A DNA stretch of 33,429 bases from Rhodospirillaceae bacterium (GCA_018700655.1 JABIUG010000434.1:1-33429); one strand, 5' to 3'; counted from the first letter of the stretch, positions 1 to 15,073 are shown. The notes: generated by a model from the letters alone, not told the origin. Translations and numbers: made by a program.

Positions 1-2951
<2,951 letters not shown>

Positions 2952-2973
2952 GGCTAAGGCGTTGCTGATCGGC

Positions 2974-4092
2974 CTAGACCCGCATCGGCATCAGGACATA
3001 AAGCGTCCGGTCGTCGCTGGTGTCGTGCACGATCGTGGGTGAGACCGCATCGGCCATGCGGAAGCGGATCTGTTCGCCCTCGAAGTTCTGCGCCATCTCC
3101 AGCACGTAGCGGGAGTTGAAGCCGATTTCGATCGAAGGGCCATCGTAGTCGACCGGCAGTTCTTCTTCGCCTGATGCGCTGTCGGGGCTGTTGGCCGAAA
3201 GCACCAGGCGTTCGGGCTCGAGCGCAAGCTTGATCGAGCGCGACTTGTCGGTCGAGATCGCCGCCATACGATCGACTGCCTGAATGAAACTTGCCGCCGA
3301 CATCTCGAGCATCTTGTCATTGCCCTGGGGAATGACCCGCTCGTAATCGGGGAAGGTGCCGTCGATCAGCTTGGAGGTCAGCACCACGGTGTCGAAGGCA
3401 AAACGGATCTTGGTGTCGGAAAGCTCGATCGCGACCGCGCCGTCGATCTCGTCAACCAGCTTGCGCAGTTCGGCTACCGCCTTGCGCGGCACGATGATGC
3501 CGGGCATGCCGCCGGCGCCATCGGGCTGTTCGGAGTCGATTCGGGCCAGGCGATGGCCATCGGTTGCCACGGCGCGCAGCATCGGGCCGCCATCGGTCTC
3601 GGCGCTGTGGAGATAGATGCCGTTGAGGTAATAGCGGGTTTCTTCGGTCGAGATCGCAAACCGGGTCTTGTCGACCAGGCGGCGCAGCTCGGAGGCTGGC
3701 AGCGCAAAGCTGTGGCTGAAATCGCTGCCCGACATGACCGGAAAGTCCTCCGGCGGCAGGCAGGGCAGGCGGAAATGGATGCGCCCGCAGGAGATCGAGA
3801 GGCGGCCGGAATCGCCGGTTGCGTCGAGCGCTACTTCCGAGCCCTCGGGAAGCTTGCGGCAGATGTCATAGAGCACATGGGCCGGCGCCGTCGTCGCCCC
3901 GGCAACCTGCAGGTCGGCCGGTACCGCTTCCACCACCTCGAGATCCATATCGGTCGCGGTCAGGCGCAGGCTGTTATCGGATGCCTCGAGCCGCACATTG
4001 GAAAGAATCGGGATGGTGTTGCGCCGTTCGACGACACTTTGTACGTGTGCCAGCGCCCTCAGCAGAACGGCACGTTCGATAGCCAGCTTCAT
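2974..4092 (-). CDS. dnaN: DNA polymerase III beta sliding clamp
   Basis: MKLAIER..VERRNTIPILSN, TEETRYYLNG, ATDGHRL, SKLIDGTFPDY, C-terminal YVLMPMRV; start moved to ATG 4092 (372 aa). Confidence 0.97.
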   Translation of the reverse strand: MKLAIERAVLLRALAHVQSVVERRNTIPILSNVRLEASDNSLRLTATDMDLEVVEAVPADLQVAGATTAPAHVLYDICRKLPEGSEVALDATGDSGRLSISCGRIHFRLPCLPPEDFPVMSGSDFSHSFALPASELRRLVDKTRFAISTEETRYYLNGIYLHSAETDGGPMLRAVATDGHRLARIDSEQPDGAGGMPGIIVPRKAVAELRKLVDEIDGAVAIELSDTKIRFAFDTVVLTSKLIDGTFPDYERVIPQGNDKMLEMSAASFIQAVDRMAAISTDKSRSIKLALEPERLVLSANSPDSASGEEELPVDYDGPSIEIGFNSRYVLEMAQNFEGEQIRFRMADAVSPTIVHDTSDDRTLYVLMPMRV

Positions 4093-4194
4093 GAATTCAA
4101 GTCCGTAAGGGTGGGTGATCAACCGCCTCAGCACACCCGGATCCGGTGCGGAAAATTCAGCGTACAACAGCGATCATCTCAGGATCACAGATAG

Positions 4195-4234
4195 TAACAG
4201 AAAGACCCCGGAAACGCTAGTTTCCGGGGGCTTT
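4195..4234 (-). terminator. Probable intrinsic terminator after dnaA
   Basis: Inverted repeat AAAG-A-CCCCGGAAAC gcta GTTTCCGGGG-G-CTTT (4201-4234); on the minus strand the stem is followed by TCTTTCTGTT. Confidence 0.7.
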
Positions 4235-4262
4235 CAGAGAGGCTGTAAGTGTCTGAAAAGGC

Positions 4263-5663
4263 TCAGCTTTCCAGCATGCGTTCCAACAATTCCACATCCT
4301 CGGCGAAGGCGGGGTCACCGGCCATCAATTCTTCCACCTTGCGCACGCCGTGCATCACCGTCGTGTGGTCGCGCCCGCCAAACTTGCGGCCGATCTCGGG
4401 CAGGCTGCGGCTGGTCAGGCGCTTGGCCAGATACATCGCGATCTGGCGCGGCCGGGCGATCGCCCTCTGCTTGCGTGCCGAGACCATGTCGGCCATGCGG
4501 ATGTTGAAGTGTTCGGCGACCTTTTTCTGAATTTCCTCGATCGTGACGCGCCGGTCCTGGGCACGCAGCAGGTCGCGCAGCAGTTCCTGGGTCGAATCCA
4601 GCGTGATCGGCTGGCCGACCAACTGGGCATGAGCCAGAACACGGTTCAGGGCGCCTTCAAGCTCACGCACGTTCGATGAAATCTTGTGCGCTAGGAACTC
4701 CATCACACGCTGGGGCACCACGACATCGGGGAACTGGCTGGCCTTGGTCTCGAGGATGCCCAGACGCAGCTCATAATCGGCCGGGTGGATATCGGCCACC
4801 AGGCCCCAGCCCAGACGCGAGCGCAGACGCTCTTCCATGCCGTCGAGATCACTTGGCGAGCGGTCGCCCGAGATCACGACCTGCCGGTTCTGATCGACCA
4901 GTGCGTTGAACGTGTGGAAGAACTCTTCCTGGGTCGAATCCTTGCCGGCGATGAACTGGATGTCGTCGATCATCAGCACGTCGACCGCACGGAACTGATC
5001 CTTGAACGCCATCGTGTCCTTGTAGCGGATCGCCCGGATGAACTTGTACATGAACTTCTCGGCCGACATGTAGAGCACGCGACGGCCGGGTTTCTTGGTC
5101 CGGATGTGCCAGGCGATGGCATGCATCAGATGGGTCTTGCCCAGGCCGACGCCGCCATAGAGGAAAAGCGGGTTGAAGGTGACCGAGTCGGCCGCGGCGA
5201 CGCGCTGGGCCGCGGCATGGGCAAATTCGTTGGTTTTGCCCACGACGAAGTTCTCGAAGGTGAACCGGGGATCCAGGCTGGCGGCAAGCTGGTCGGCTTC
5301 GGCCGAAGCATCGAGTGCGTTGCCGTCATGGCGAATCAGGTCGAGATCACGGCGCACCGGCGTTACCTCGCGCCGTGGGGCACGGCGTTCCGGTTTGCCC
5401 ACCTTGATCATGATTCCGGTGACCGATTCGTTCTCGCCGCACCAGAGGTCATGGAGGCGTTCGCCGCAGCGAGACATCACCCAATCCTTCATGTTGCCGC
5501 TGGGAACACGCATCACGACCTCGTTGCCCGAGACGCCATCGAGCGACAACGGACGCAACCATGTCTTGAAAGCGGCTTCACCCAACTCAGCGCGAAGGCG
5601 ACCCCGCACGCGCTTCCATTGGTCCTCGACATCCTGATCCATCTTAACCGGCTCTGACGCCAT
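4263..5663 (-). CDS. dnaA: Chromosomal replication initiator DnaA
   Basis: FENFVVG, NPLFLYGGVGLGKTHLMHA, DVLMIDDIQF, TQEEFFHTFN, RELEGAL, GGRDHTTVMH; ATG 5663 preceded by GGAGAG. Confidence 0.98.
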   Translation of the reverse strand: MASEPVKMDQDVEDQWKRVRGRLRAELGEAAFKTWLRPLSLDGVSGNEVVMRVPSGNMKDWVMSRCGERLHDLWCGENESVTGIMIKVGKPERRAPRREVTPVRRDLDLIRHDGNALDASAEADQLAASLDPRFTFENFVVGKTNEFAHAAAQRVAAADSVTFNPLFLYGGVGLGKTHLMHAIAWHIRTKKPGRRVLYMSAEKFMYKFIRAIRYKDTMAFKDQFRAVDVLMIDDIQFIAGKDSTQEEFFHTFNALVDQNRQVVISGDRSPSDLDGMEERLRSRLGWGLVADIHPADYELRLGILETKASQFPDVVVPQRVMEFLAHKISSNVRELEGALNRVLAHAQLVGQPITLDSTQELLRDLLRAQDRRVTIEEIQKKVAEHFNIRMADMVSARKQRAIARPRQIAMYLAKRLTSRSLPEIGRKFGGRDHTTVMHGVRKVEELMAGDPAFAEDVELLERMLES

Positions 5664-5789
5664 CAATACTCTCCATAATCAATCACCGCGCGGCACTGGC
5701 AGTGCTGGTCCGATCCACGATGGGTCGGCCTCACGCTGCGCTTGCGCCAAGTGGTGTAACTACCCAAAGATGAAGGGAAAAATCATTCC

Positions 5790-5880
5790 CGATAGACTTT
5801 AACGCGAGACCAGAAAACAACGACTGATGAATCATGTAATGTTTTGGAAAATCGTTTGATTTCAATAGGTTAATCAAAAG
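5790..5880. promoter_or_regulatory. AT-rich dnaA upstream region with a GANTC site and two near-consensus IHF-like sites
   Basis: GAATC at 5829-5833; AAATCGTTTGATT (5849-5861) and TTTCAATAGGTTA (5860-5872) are each one mismatch from WATCAAN4TTR, on opposite strands. Confidence 0.4.
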
Positions 5881-6176
5881 ACGTCACTCCATCACAGCGC
5901 CCCGCCGGTTCGGCAAAGGCAGATCTCCCAGTTCTCGCGTTCCGTGCGGCAGAGCGACCTCGAGGGTTACGATGACGGCATCCGTCACCGGGTTCGATGG
6001 TCTGGCGTTGTTGCTTTTTGCCCCGCCGGAACTGTTCTTCTTGAGGTCGGTCCCGCGACCTGGAGATGACCATAAAGCAAACGCCGTCGCGGAAACAACT
6101 GGATCAAAATCGGAACACCCGCCGTTCCGAAAAGGAAGCACGCATAACGTGTATTTTGAATTTGTGTAAGCAAAAT

Positions 6177-6210
6177 GAAAAACGCGCCGGACCGTTCGGT
6201 CCGACGCGTC
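6177..6210 (-). terminator. Intrinsic terminator of rpsT
   Basis: Minus strand ACGCGTCGGACC gaac GGTCCGGCGCGT followed by TTTTCATTTTG. Confidence 0.8.
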
Positions 6211-6248
6211 TTGATCACATCATGGTGTGCGGCCGCAAGGCCAGCAGA

Positions 6249-6509
6249 CTACATCTTGGCTACGCGCTGGGCGAGACGGGACACCTTTCGCGACGCGGCG
6301 TTGCGATGAAGCAATCCGCTCTTGGCTCCGCGCATAATTTCTGGCTGTGCATCTCGCAGCGCCAAGGTCGCCGCATCCTTGTCACCAGAGGTGATTGCCT
6401 CTTCGACTCGACGCAGGTAGCTGCGAATCCGGCTCACACGGTTGCGGTTAATGGCGGTTCGCCGGGCGGTCTGGCGCACGCGCTTCTTGGCTTGCATGGA
6501 GTTGGCCAT
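6249..6509 (-). CDS. rpsT: 30S ribosomal protein S20
   Basis: [30 protein letters not shown]...[13 protein letters not shown]; AGGAG RBS; 86 aa. Confidence 0.96.
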   Translation of the reverse strand: MANSMQAKKRVRQTARRTAINRNRVSRIRSYLRRVEEAITSGDKDAATLALRDAQPEIMRGAKSGLLHRNAASRKVSRLAQRVAKM

Positions 6510-6546
6510 GGAATCTCCTGGCGCTTGGGTTCTGTTCGGGTCGCGG

Positions 6547-6575
6547 TTTATAGCGACGCACTCAAGGTGCGTCAA
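6547..6575 (-). promoter_or_regulatory. Sigma70-type promoter of rpsT
   Basis: Minus strand TTGACG-17 nt-TATAAA, ending 37 nt upstream of the start codon. Confidence 0.75.
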
Positions 6576-6713
6576 CGGCAAGGAATCCGGCGATTCGGTT
6601 GTCAGCCGTCAACGCCCGGAACGAATTGGAAAAGCAACGTATTTGCGAATCGCTCATTGCCTCGACCCGATCGCCAGATATTCCGCAGATATTCCATAGA
6701 CGGTCGGAACGGT

Positions 6714-7547
6714 TCAACGCTGGCACCGGCTACAAAAGTAGGTCGACCGATTCGCCTGCACGATGCGGCCAATGTGGCCCTCGCAGCCCCTGGTCGGGCA
6801 GGGACTGTCTTCGCGGTCATAGACCCGGAAATTGTGCTGGAAGTATCCAAGTTCGCCATTGGCCTGGCGATGGTCGCGCAGTGATGAGCCCCCCGCAGCA
6901 ATCGCTTCACGCAGAACATCGATCACGGCAGGCACCAGCCGCTCGCAGCGTTTGCCGGCAACACTGCCGGCAAGCCTGCGGGGCGAGATGCCGGCGCGGT
7001 TGAGCGCTTCACAGGCATAGATGTTGCCGACTCCGCCGACGACGCGCTGGTCGAGCAGGGCCGACTTGATCGGTGTCGCCTTACCCGCCAGCCGCCCGGA
7101 GAGATGGGCAGGCGTGAAGGCATCCTCCAGCGGGTCGGGTGCCAGCTTGGCCAGCAGGGGGTGATCGGCCTCTTGCCTGGATGTTGTCAGGGTCATCAAA
7201 CCGAATCGGCGGTGATCGTTGTAGACGACCTGCATGCCGTCATCGGTGGTGAAGACGACATGATCGTGGCGGTCGGCCGGTTGGTTGCTGCCGCGCGGTT
7301 GTATGGTCATCCGGCCCGACATGCCCAGATGGCAGATCAGGACCTGGCCGTCATCGAGATCAAACAGCAGGTACTTTGCCCGGCGGCGCAGCGCCGTGAC
7401 GGTTCTGCCGGTGATGCGATCGACAAACCCGTCGGGGAACGGAATGCGCAGGTTTGGCCGGCGCTGTTCGACCAGAGCCAGGACATGACCCCGCAGCACG
7501 GGGTCGAGTCCACGGCGAACGGTTTCGACTTCGGGCAGTTCGGGCAT
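6714..7547 (-). CDS. mutM: Formamidopyrimidine-DNA glycosylase Fpg
   Basis: MPELPEVE N-terminus, [22 protein letters not shown]-terminal zinc finger [16 protein letters not shown]. Confidence 0.97.
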   Translation of the reverse strand: MPELPEVETVRRGLDPVLRGHVLALVEQRRPNLRIPFPDGFVDRITGRTVTALRRRAKYLLFDLDDGQVLICHLGMSGRMTIQPRGSNQPADRHDHVVFTTDDGMQVVYNDHRRFGLMTLTTSRQEADHPLLAKLAPDPLEDAFTPAHLSGRLAGKATPIKSALLDQRVVGGVGNIYACEALNRAGISPRRLAGSVAGKRCERLVPAVIDVLREAIAAGGSSLRDHRQANGELGYFQHNFRVYDREDSPCPTRGCEGHIGRIVQANRSTYFCSRCQR

Positions 7548-7698
7548 CACGCTGCCTTGGTTGGTTGATCCGGGGACAGTCTCTCACGATGTAGAGTGTA
7601 CCGCCGGGTCGATCAACGCTCTGCCTGTCCAAGGCAACGTGTTGATCGCGAAATCGGTCTATGGCCCCGACGCCGGGGCGGGGTTAAGGTCCGCCGCC

Positions 7699-8454
7699 AT
7701 GACAAACACCGACCAGATCGATCACGCCACCCGATTCGGCGAGCAGCGAGTCGCCGAAGACGACAAGGCACGCATGGTGCGTGATGTCTTTGACAGTGTC
7801 GCATCGCGATATGACCTGATGAACGATCTGATGTCGGCAGGCGTCCACCGCCTGTGGAAACGCGAGATGGTTTCGCTCATCGCGCGCGACATCCCCGCCG
7901 GTCGGGTTGTCGATGTCGCCGGTGGCACCGGCGATATCGCCTTTCGCCTGCTTGAGCGTGGCTTCGAGGTCGAGATTGTCGACATCAATGCGGCGATGCT
8001 TTCGGTTGGTCGTGATCGGGCGCTCGACAAGGCGCTGACGAAGGGGCTGACCTGGACCTGCGGTGATGCCGAAGCGCTGCCGATGCCCAATGGTTGTGCC
8101 GATGCCTACACGATCGCGTTCGGCATCCGCAATGTCACCCATCTTGAACGCGCCCTTGCCGAAGCACGCCGTGTGTTGCGCCCCGGGGGCCGGTTTGCCT
8201 GCCTGGAGTTCGGCCATGTCGTGCTGCCCGGCCTCGATACGATCTATCGGCAATGGTCCGATCACGTTTTGCCGCAGCTGGGTTCGGCTGTCGCAGGCGA
8301 TCGCGAATCCTACCAGTACCTGGTCGAGAGCATTCGCCGTTTCCCCGAACAAGCGCGGTTTGCCGCCATGGTCGGCGACGCCGGGTTGGCCCATGTCGCG
8401 ACCGCCAATCTCTCCGGGGGTATCGCGGCGCTCACCACAGCATGGCGCCTGTGA
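7699..8454 (+). CDS. ubiE: Ubiquinone/menaquinone C-methyltransferase
   Basis: VFDSVASRYDLMNDLMSAGVHRLWK, DVAGGTGD, YTIAFGIRNVT, SYQYLVESIRRFP. Confidence 0.95.
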   Translation: MTNTDQIDHATRFGEQRVAEDDKARMVRDVFDSVASRYDLMNDLMSAGVHRLWKREMVSLIARDIPAGRVVDVAGGTGDIAFRLLERGFEVEIVDINAAMLSVGRDRALDKALTKGLTWTCGDAEALPMPNGCADAYTIAFGIRNVTHLERALAEARRVLRPGGRFACLEFGHVVLPGLDTIYRQWSDHVLPQLGSAVAGDRESYQYLVESIRRFPEQARFAAMVGDAGLAHVATANLSGGIAALTTAWRL

Positions 8455-8473
8455 CGCTGGGCCAGGCAGAACG

Positions 8474-10030
8474 ATGACCGGGCCCCTGCAGACAGCGCGT
8501 AACCTGGCGCGGCTTTTTGCCATTGCGCGCACCCTGTCGCGTCACGATGCTCTGTTCCCGCTTGAGCTTGCCGGTGTTGCGCCACCCATCGTCTGGGCGG
8601 CAAAGCTGGTCTCTGCCCACGATGCGACGGGCCGGCCCGGGCAGCGCCTTGCCCGTGCGCTGCAGGAACTGGGACCCAGCTTCGTCAAGGTCGGCCAGCT
8701 TCTCTCGGTACGACCGGATCTGGTCGGCGAAGAGATCGCCGATGATCTCGCCGCCCTGCAGGATCACCTGCCGGCGTACCCCACCGAAGAAGCACGCGCG
8801 ACGATCGAACGTGAACTTGGCGAGCCGGTCGATGTTCTGTTCGTGCGCTTCGAGGACAAGCCGGTCGCGGCTGCTTCGATCGCCCAGGTCCACAAGGCCG
8901 AAACGACCGATGGTCGCACGGTCGCGGTCAAGGTGCTGCGCCCCGGTATCGGCGAGATCCTTGCCAGCGATCTCGACCTTGCCCACTGGATCGCGACGCT
9001 GATGGAACGCGCCAGGCCCGATCTTGCGCGCCTGAAGGCGGTCCAGGTTGTTGCGACCCTGCGTGAATGGGTCGATGTCGAACTTGATCTCAGGCTCGAA
9101 GCGGCGGCGGCCGACGAGCTTTCCGAAAACATGGCCGATGATCCTGGCTTCCGTGTGCCCGAGGTCGACTGGCAGCGCACGACCGAACACGTCCTTACCC
9201 TGGAGTGGGTCGACGGCCATCCGATTGATGAACGTGAGGCTCTGATCGCTGCCGGCCATGATCCTGACGCCCTCGTCGCCCAGGCGGCGCGCGCCTTCTT
9301 CAATCAGGTATTTCGCGACGGTTTTTTCCACGCCGACATGCATCCAGGCAACATGTTCGTCGATCAGGACGGCGTTATCGTTGCGATCGATTTCGGCATC
9401 ATGGGCAGGCTCGACCGTTTCACCCGTCTCACGCTGGCCGAAATGCTGCTGGGGTTCCTCACGCGCGACTACAAACGTGTCGCCGATGTGCATTTCGAGG
9501 CCGGGTATGTTCCGCGCGACCGCTCACGCGAACTTTTCACCCAGGCCTGCCGTTCGATCGGCGAGCCGATCCTGGGCAGACCGCTGACCGAGATCTCGAT
9601 CGCGCGCCTGCTGGCCCAGCTCTTCGGCGTCACCGAACAGTTCGGCATGCCGACCCAGCCCCAGCTTCTGCTGCTGCAGAAGACCATGGTGATCACCGAA
9701 GGGATCGGGCGCGCCCTGGCGCCGGAACTCAACATGTGGGCTCTGGCCCAGCCGCTGATCGAGGACTGGGCAGTGCGTAACCTGTCGCCACCGGCCAGGG
9801 CCTATGATGCCCTCCAGAAAGGCAGCGAAACCCTGCGCCGTCTGCCTGAACTGGCCCAGAAGGTCGAAGGCATCATCGACGAAACCGCCGCCTCGGGATT
9901 TCGTCTCCATGCCGACACGGTCGATGATCTCGCACGCCGCCGCGCGCAATCGGGCGGCCGTACCATGTTATGGCTCTGGGCGCTCTCGGCGCTTGCCCTG
10001 CTTGTGGCCCTGATCGCCCTGATTGCCTGA
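8474..10030 (+). CDS. ubiB: Ubiquinone biosynthesis protein kinase-like UbiB (ABC1 family)
   Basis: LGPSFVKVGQLLSVRPD, AAASIAQVH, VAVKVLRP, FFHADMHPGN, DFGIMG, C-terminal TM helix; follows ubiE; start moved to ATG 8474. Confidence 0.95.
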   Translation: MTGPLQTARNLARLFAIARTLSRHDALFPLELAGVAPPIVWAAKLVSAHDATGRPGQRLARALQELGPSFVKVGQLLSVRPDLVGEEIADDLAALQDHLPAYPTEEARATIERELGEPVDVLFVRFEDKPVAAASIAQVHKAETTDGRTVAVKVLRPGIGEILASDLDLAHWIATLMERARPDLARLKAVQVVATLREWVDVELDLRLEAAAADELSENMADDPGFRVPEVDWQRTTEHVLTLEWVDGHPIDEREALIAAGHDPDALVAQAARAFFNQVFRDGFFHADMHPGNMFVDQDGVIVAIDFGIMGRLDRFTRLTLAEMLLGFLTRDYKRVADVHFEAGYVPRDRSRELFTQACRSIGEPILGRPLTEISIARLLAQLFGVTEQFGMPTQPQLLLLQKTMVITEGIGRALAPELNMWALAQPLIEDWAVRNLSPPARAYDALQKGSETLRRLPELAQKVEGIIDETAASGFRLHADTVDDLARRRAQSGGRTMLWLWALSALALLVALIALIA

Positions 10031-10039
10031 ACCGGACCG

Positions 10040-10963
10040 TTACCGCCGTGCGGGGTGGACTGTGTTGGGCAGGCAGGCGGCGATGATGTCGGCCAGCTTT
10101 TCGACCAGGGCCATGCGCGGATAAGCCTTGCGGAGGGTGAGCCGGACGGTGCGTCCCGCGGTGCCGCTTTCTTCGCTGCGCACGGCGATGCCGGAATCGG
10201 TGACCCAGCCCGATGCAAGGCTCATTGCCGGGACGAGGGTGATGCCCTCCCCCGCACCCACCAGTGCAAGAATCGTCGCCAGGCTGGTCTGCTGCGTTCT
10301 GGGGCCGCCGTTTCGCCGGGTCAGTGTCCTGTCGAGTTTGCATGCGTCATAGATCTGGTCGCGCAGGCAGTGGCCATCCGACAGGAGCAGCAATTCGCCG
10401 GGTTCGATCTGCGTGACATCGACCACATCCTGGTCGGTGAGGGGATGATCGTTCGGCATCGCGATCCAGAAGGGTTCGTCGTAAAGCACGATTTCGGTGA
10501 GGTTCGTGCGTGTCGGGCTGGTCGCGAGGATCGCCACATCCAGGGCGCCGTCGGTCAGCCGGTCTTCGAGGCGATCGGTCAAACCCTCGATCAGTTCCAG
10601 CGTGATATGCGGCAGATAACGTTTGATGACCGGTAACAGCAGAGGCGTCAGATAGGGGCCGATCGTGGGCGGCATGCCGATCCTGCAGGCGCCGACCAGG
10701 GGGTCCTTGTGAGCGGCGGCAAGCTGTTCCATCGCAGCGACGTTGCGCAGGATTTCGCGTGCCTGCCCGACGATCCGCCCGCCGATCCCGGTCAGTCCGA
10801 CATGGCGCTTGGTGCGTTCGAATAGCGTGACGCCAAGGCGCTCTTCGAGCTTGCGCAACTGACCACTGAGCGCGGGCTGGCTGGCATTGCAGCGGGTCGC
10901 GGCCCTGCCGAAATGCAGCTCCTCGGCGACCGCGACGAGGTATTCGAGATCTCTTGTGTTCAT
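10040..10963 (-). CDS. oxyR: LysR-family H2O2 sensor OxyR
   Basis: LysR HTH (MNTRDLEYLVAVAEELHFGRAA..SQPALS); redox motif DGHCLRDQIYDAC with both Cys, 8 residues apart; divergent from katG. Confidence 0.9.
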   Translation of the reverse strand: MNTRDLEYLVAVAEELHFGRAATRCNASQPALSGQLRKLEERLGVTLFERTKRHVGLTGIGGRIVGQAREILRNVAAMEQLAAAHKDPLVGACRIGMPPTIGPYLTPLLLPVIKRYLPHITLELIEGLTDRLEDRLTDGALDVAILATSPTRTNLTEIVLYDEPFWIAMPNDHPLTDQDVVDVTQIEPGELLLLSDGHCLRDQIYDACKLDRTLTRRNGGPRTQQTSLATILALVGAGEGITLVPAMSLASGWVTDSGIAVRSEESGTAGRTVRLTLRKAYPRMALVEKLADIIAACLPNTVHPARR

Positions 10964-11007
10964 GTTTACGCCCAGATGTTCAAGCCATGGAGAACCTATC
11001 ACTCGTC

Positions 11008-11044
11008 ATCGATAATACCGATGAGAACGATTAGTTAACTCGAT
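11008..11044. promoter_or_regulatory. OxyR binding site
   Basis: ATCG-N7-CGAT-N7-ATTA-N7-CGAT, the exact spacing of the OxyR consensus ATAG-N7-CTAT-N7-ATAG-N7-CTAT, between divergent oxyR and katG. Confidence 0.75.
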
Positions 11045-11110
11045 TTCTCTTATATGTGTGCTTTCCTTATATTCTGCCCAACGCCACCCCGAGGACCGGA
11101 GGAAGAACTC

Positions 11111-13254
<2,144 letters not shown>

Positions 13255-13284
13255 TCGGGCCAACGAAACTGAAGTCGGAACCTC

Positions 13285-13314
13285 TGGGGCGGGCCGTTGC
13301 GGTCCGCCCCATTT
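13285..13314 (+). terminator. Hairpin terminator after katG
   Basis: TGGGGCGGGCCG ttg CGGTCCGCCCCA followed by TTT (short U tract). Confidence 0.6.
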
Positions 13315-13421
13315 CGTATGGGATCATGGCCCGTTTCGGCCAATTTCCGGCGGTAAAGCCCGGGCGATGAAAAACGGGTCGTAATGCTCTATATTGTGCA
13401 CTGCATCATGGGACGCGAACG

Positions 13422-14627
13422 ATGCTGAACGACAAGCGCATCCTGCTCGTCATCTCAGGCGGCATTGCCGCCTACAAGTCACTTGAACTGATTCGCCTGC
13501 TCCAGGACAGGGGCGCATCGGTGCGCTGTGTCATGACTGCGGGCGCTCAGCAGTTTGTCACGCCGCTCGCGGCTGCCGCGCTTTCGGGTGACAAGGTCTT
13601 TACCGAACTTTTCTCGCTGACCGACGAAGCCGACATGGGCCATATCCGCCTTTCGCGCGAAGCCGACCTGGTTGTGGTCGCGCCCGCGACCGCCGATCTG
13701 ATGGCCAGGATGGCTGCGGGCCTGGCCGATGATCTTGCCACCACCGTGCTGCTTGCGACCGACAAACCTGTCCTGATCGCGCCGGCCATGAACACCATGA
13801 TGTGGGATCACGCCGCGACCCGGCGCAATACCGCCCGTCTGGTCGCCGATGGCATTGCCATGGTCGGACCCGAAGCCGGCGATCTCGCCTGTGGTGAAGT
13901 CGGTTCCGGACGCATGAGCCAGCCTGGCGATATCGTCACTGCGGTCGAAACAATGCTTGCCGGTACAGGCGAGCGCCCGCTTGCCGGGCGTCATGCCCTG
14001 GTCACCAGCGGGCCGACCCACGAGCCGATCGATCCCGTGCGTTACATCGCCAACCGTTCCTCGGGTAAACAGGGCCATGCCATTGCCGCGGCCTGTGCCC
14101 GGTTGGGCGCGAAGGTCACGCTGGTTTCGGGCCCCGTGGCGCTGGCCGACCCCGCAGGCGTCGATGTCGTTAGGGTCGAAACCGCACGCGACATGCTGAG
14201 CGCCTGTGAAGGTGCCCTGCCTGCCGATGTCGCGGTCTGTGCCGCAGCCGTCGCCGATTGGCGGGTTGCCCAGGCAGCCGAAACCAAGATGAAGAAAAAC
14301 GGCAGTGGTCTGCCCGATCTCGAACTCGCCGAAAATCCCGATATCCTGGCCACGCTCTCGGCCCGCAACCACGGCCGGCCCGCTCTGATGGTCGGCTTTG
14401 CCGCCGAGACCGGCGATGTCGTGGCCTATGCCCAGACCAAACTCGCCGCCAAGGGCTGTGACTGGATCGTCGCCAACGATGTCTCGCCTTCCAGCGGGAC
14501 CTTCGGCGGCGACGACAACACGGTCCATCTCGTCAGCGCCGGCGGGGTCGAGGACTGGCCGCGCATGGCCAAGGACCAGGTCGGCGAACGGCTCGCGCGG
14601 CGCATCGCCGATCACCTCGCCGCATGA
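13422..14627 (+). CDS. coaBC: Bifunctional phosphopantothenoylcysteine decarboxylase/ligase
   Basis: [65 protein letters not shown]. Confidence 0.96.
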   Translation: MLNDKRILLVISGGIAAYKSLELIRLLQDRGASVRCVMTAGAQQFVTPLAAAALSGDKVFTELFSLTDEADMGHIRLSREADLVVVAPATADLMARMAAGLADDLATTVLLATDKPVLIAPAMNTMMWDHAATRRNTARLVADGIAMVGPEAGDLACGEVGSGRMSQPGDIVTAVETMLAGTGERPLAGRHALVTSGPTHEPIDPVRYIANRSSGKQGHAIAAACARLGAKVTLVSGPVALADPAGVDVVRVETARDMLSACEGALPADVAVCAAAVADWRVAQAAETKMKKNGSGLPDLELAENPDILATLSARNHGRPALMVGFAAETGDVVAYAQTKLAAKGCDWIVANDVSPSSGTFGGDDNTVHLVSAGGVEDWPRMAKDQVGERLARRIADHLAA

Positions 14628-15073
14628 GCGTTGCCGTGCGCATCCTGTGCCTGCCCCATAGCGAGGGCCTGGCGCTTCCGGCCTATGCCACGCCGGGCTC
14701 GGCAGGCATGGATCTGCGCGCCGCGATCGAGGATGGGGTTGCGCTTGCGCCGGGTTGCCACGCCATGCTTGCCACCGGCCTCGCGATTGCGCTGCCTGAT
14801 GGTTACGAGGCGCAGATCCGGCCGCGCTCCGGGCTCGCCGCCAAGCACGGTGTCACGGTGCTCAACAGCCCGGGCACGGTCGACAGCGATTATCGCGGCG
14901 AGATAAAGGTCCTGCTGATCAACCACGGCCGGGAGGCCTTCACCATCGCGCGCGGCGAACGTATCGCCCAGATGGTCATCGCCCCGGTCACCCAGGTCAC
15001 GCTGCAGGAAGTTGCGGAGCTCGACGCAACCGAACGCGGCAGTGGCGGCCACGGCTCGACCGGTACCAGCTAG
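14624..15073 (+). CDS. dut: dUTP diphosphatase
   Basis: [41 protein letters not shown]; ATGA overlap with coaBC. Confidence 0.97.
   Translation: MSVAVRILCLPHSEGLALPAYATPGSAGMDLRAAIEDGVALAPGCHAMLATGLAIALPDGYEAQIRPRSGLAAKHGVTVLNSPGTVDSDYRGEIKVLLINHGREAFTIARGERIAQMVIAPVTQVTLQEVAELDATERGSGGHGSTGTS

Noticed and set aside
4785-5657. 290-aa plus-strand ORF
   Set aside because: Antisense shadow of dnaA
5870-6218. Short ORFs of 65-85 aa between dnaA and rpsT
   Set aside because: No recognisable motifs or convincing RBS; one crosses the rpsT terminator
5664-6248. oriC next to dnaA
   Set aside because: No TTATCCACA/TGATCCACA-quality boxes found by eye (best hits have 2 mismatches) and no full CtrA TTAA-N7-TTAA; cannot be supported
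8063-8473. N-terminal extension of the 655-aa ubiB ORF suggesting a fusion
   Set aside because: Out-of-frame overlap with ubiE; UbiB homology begins at ATG 8474
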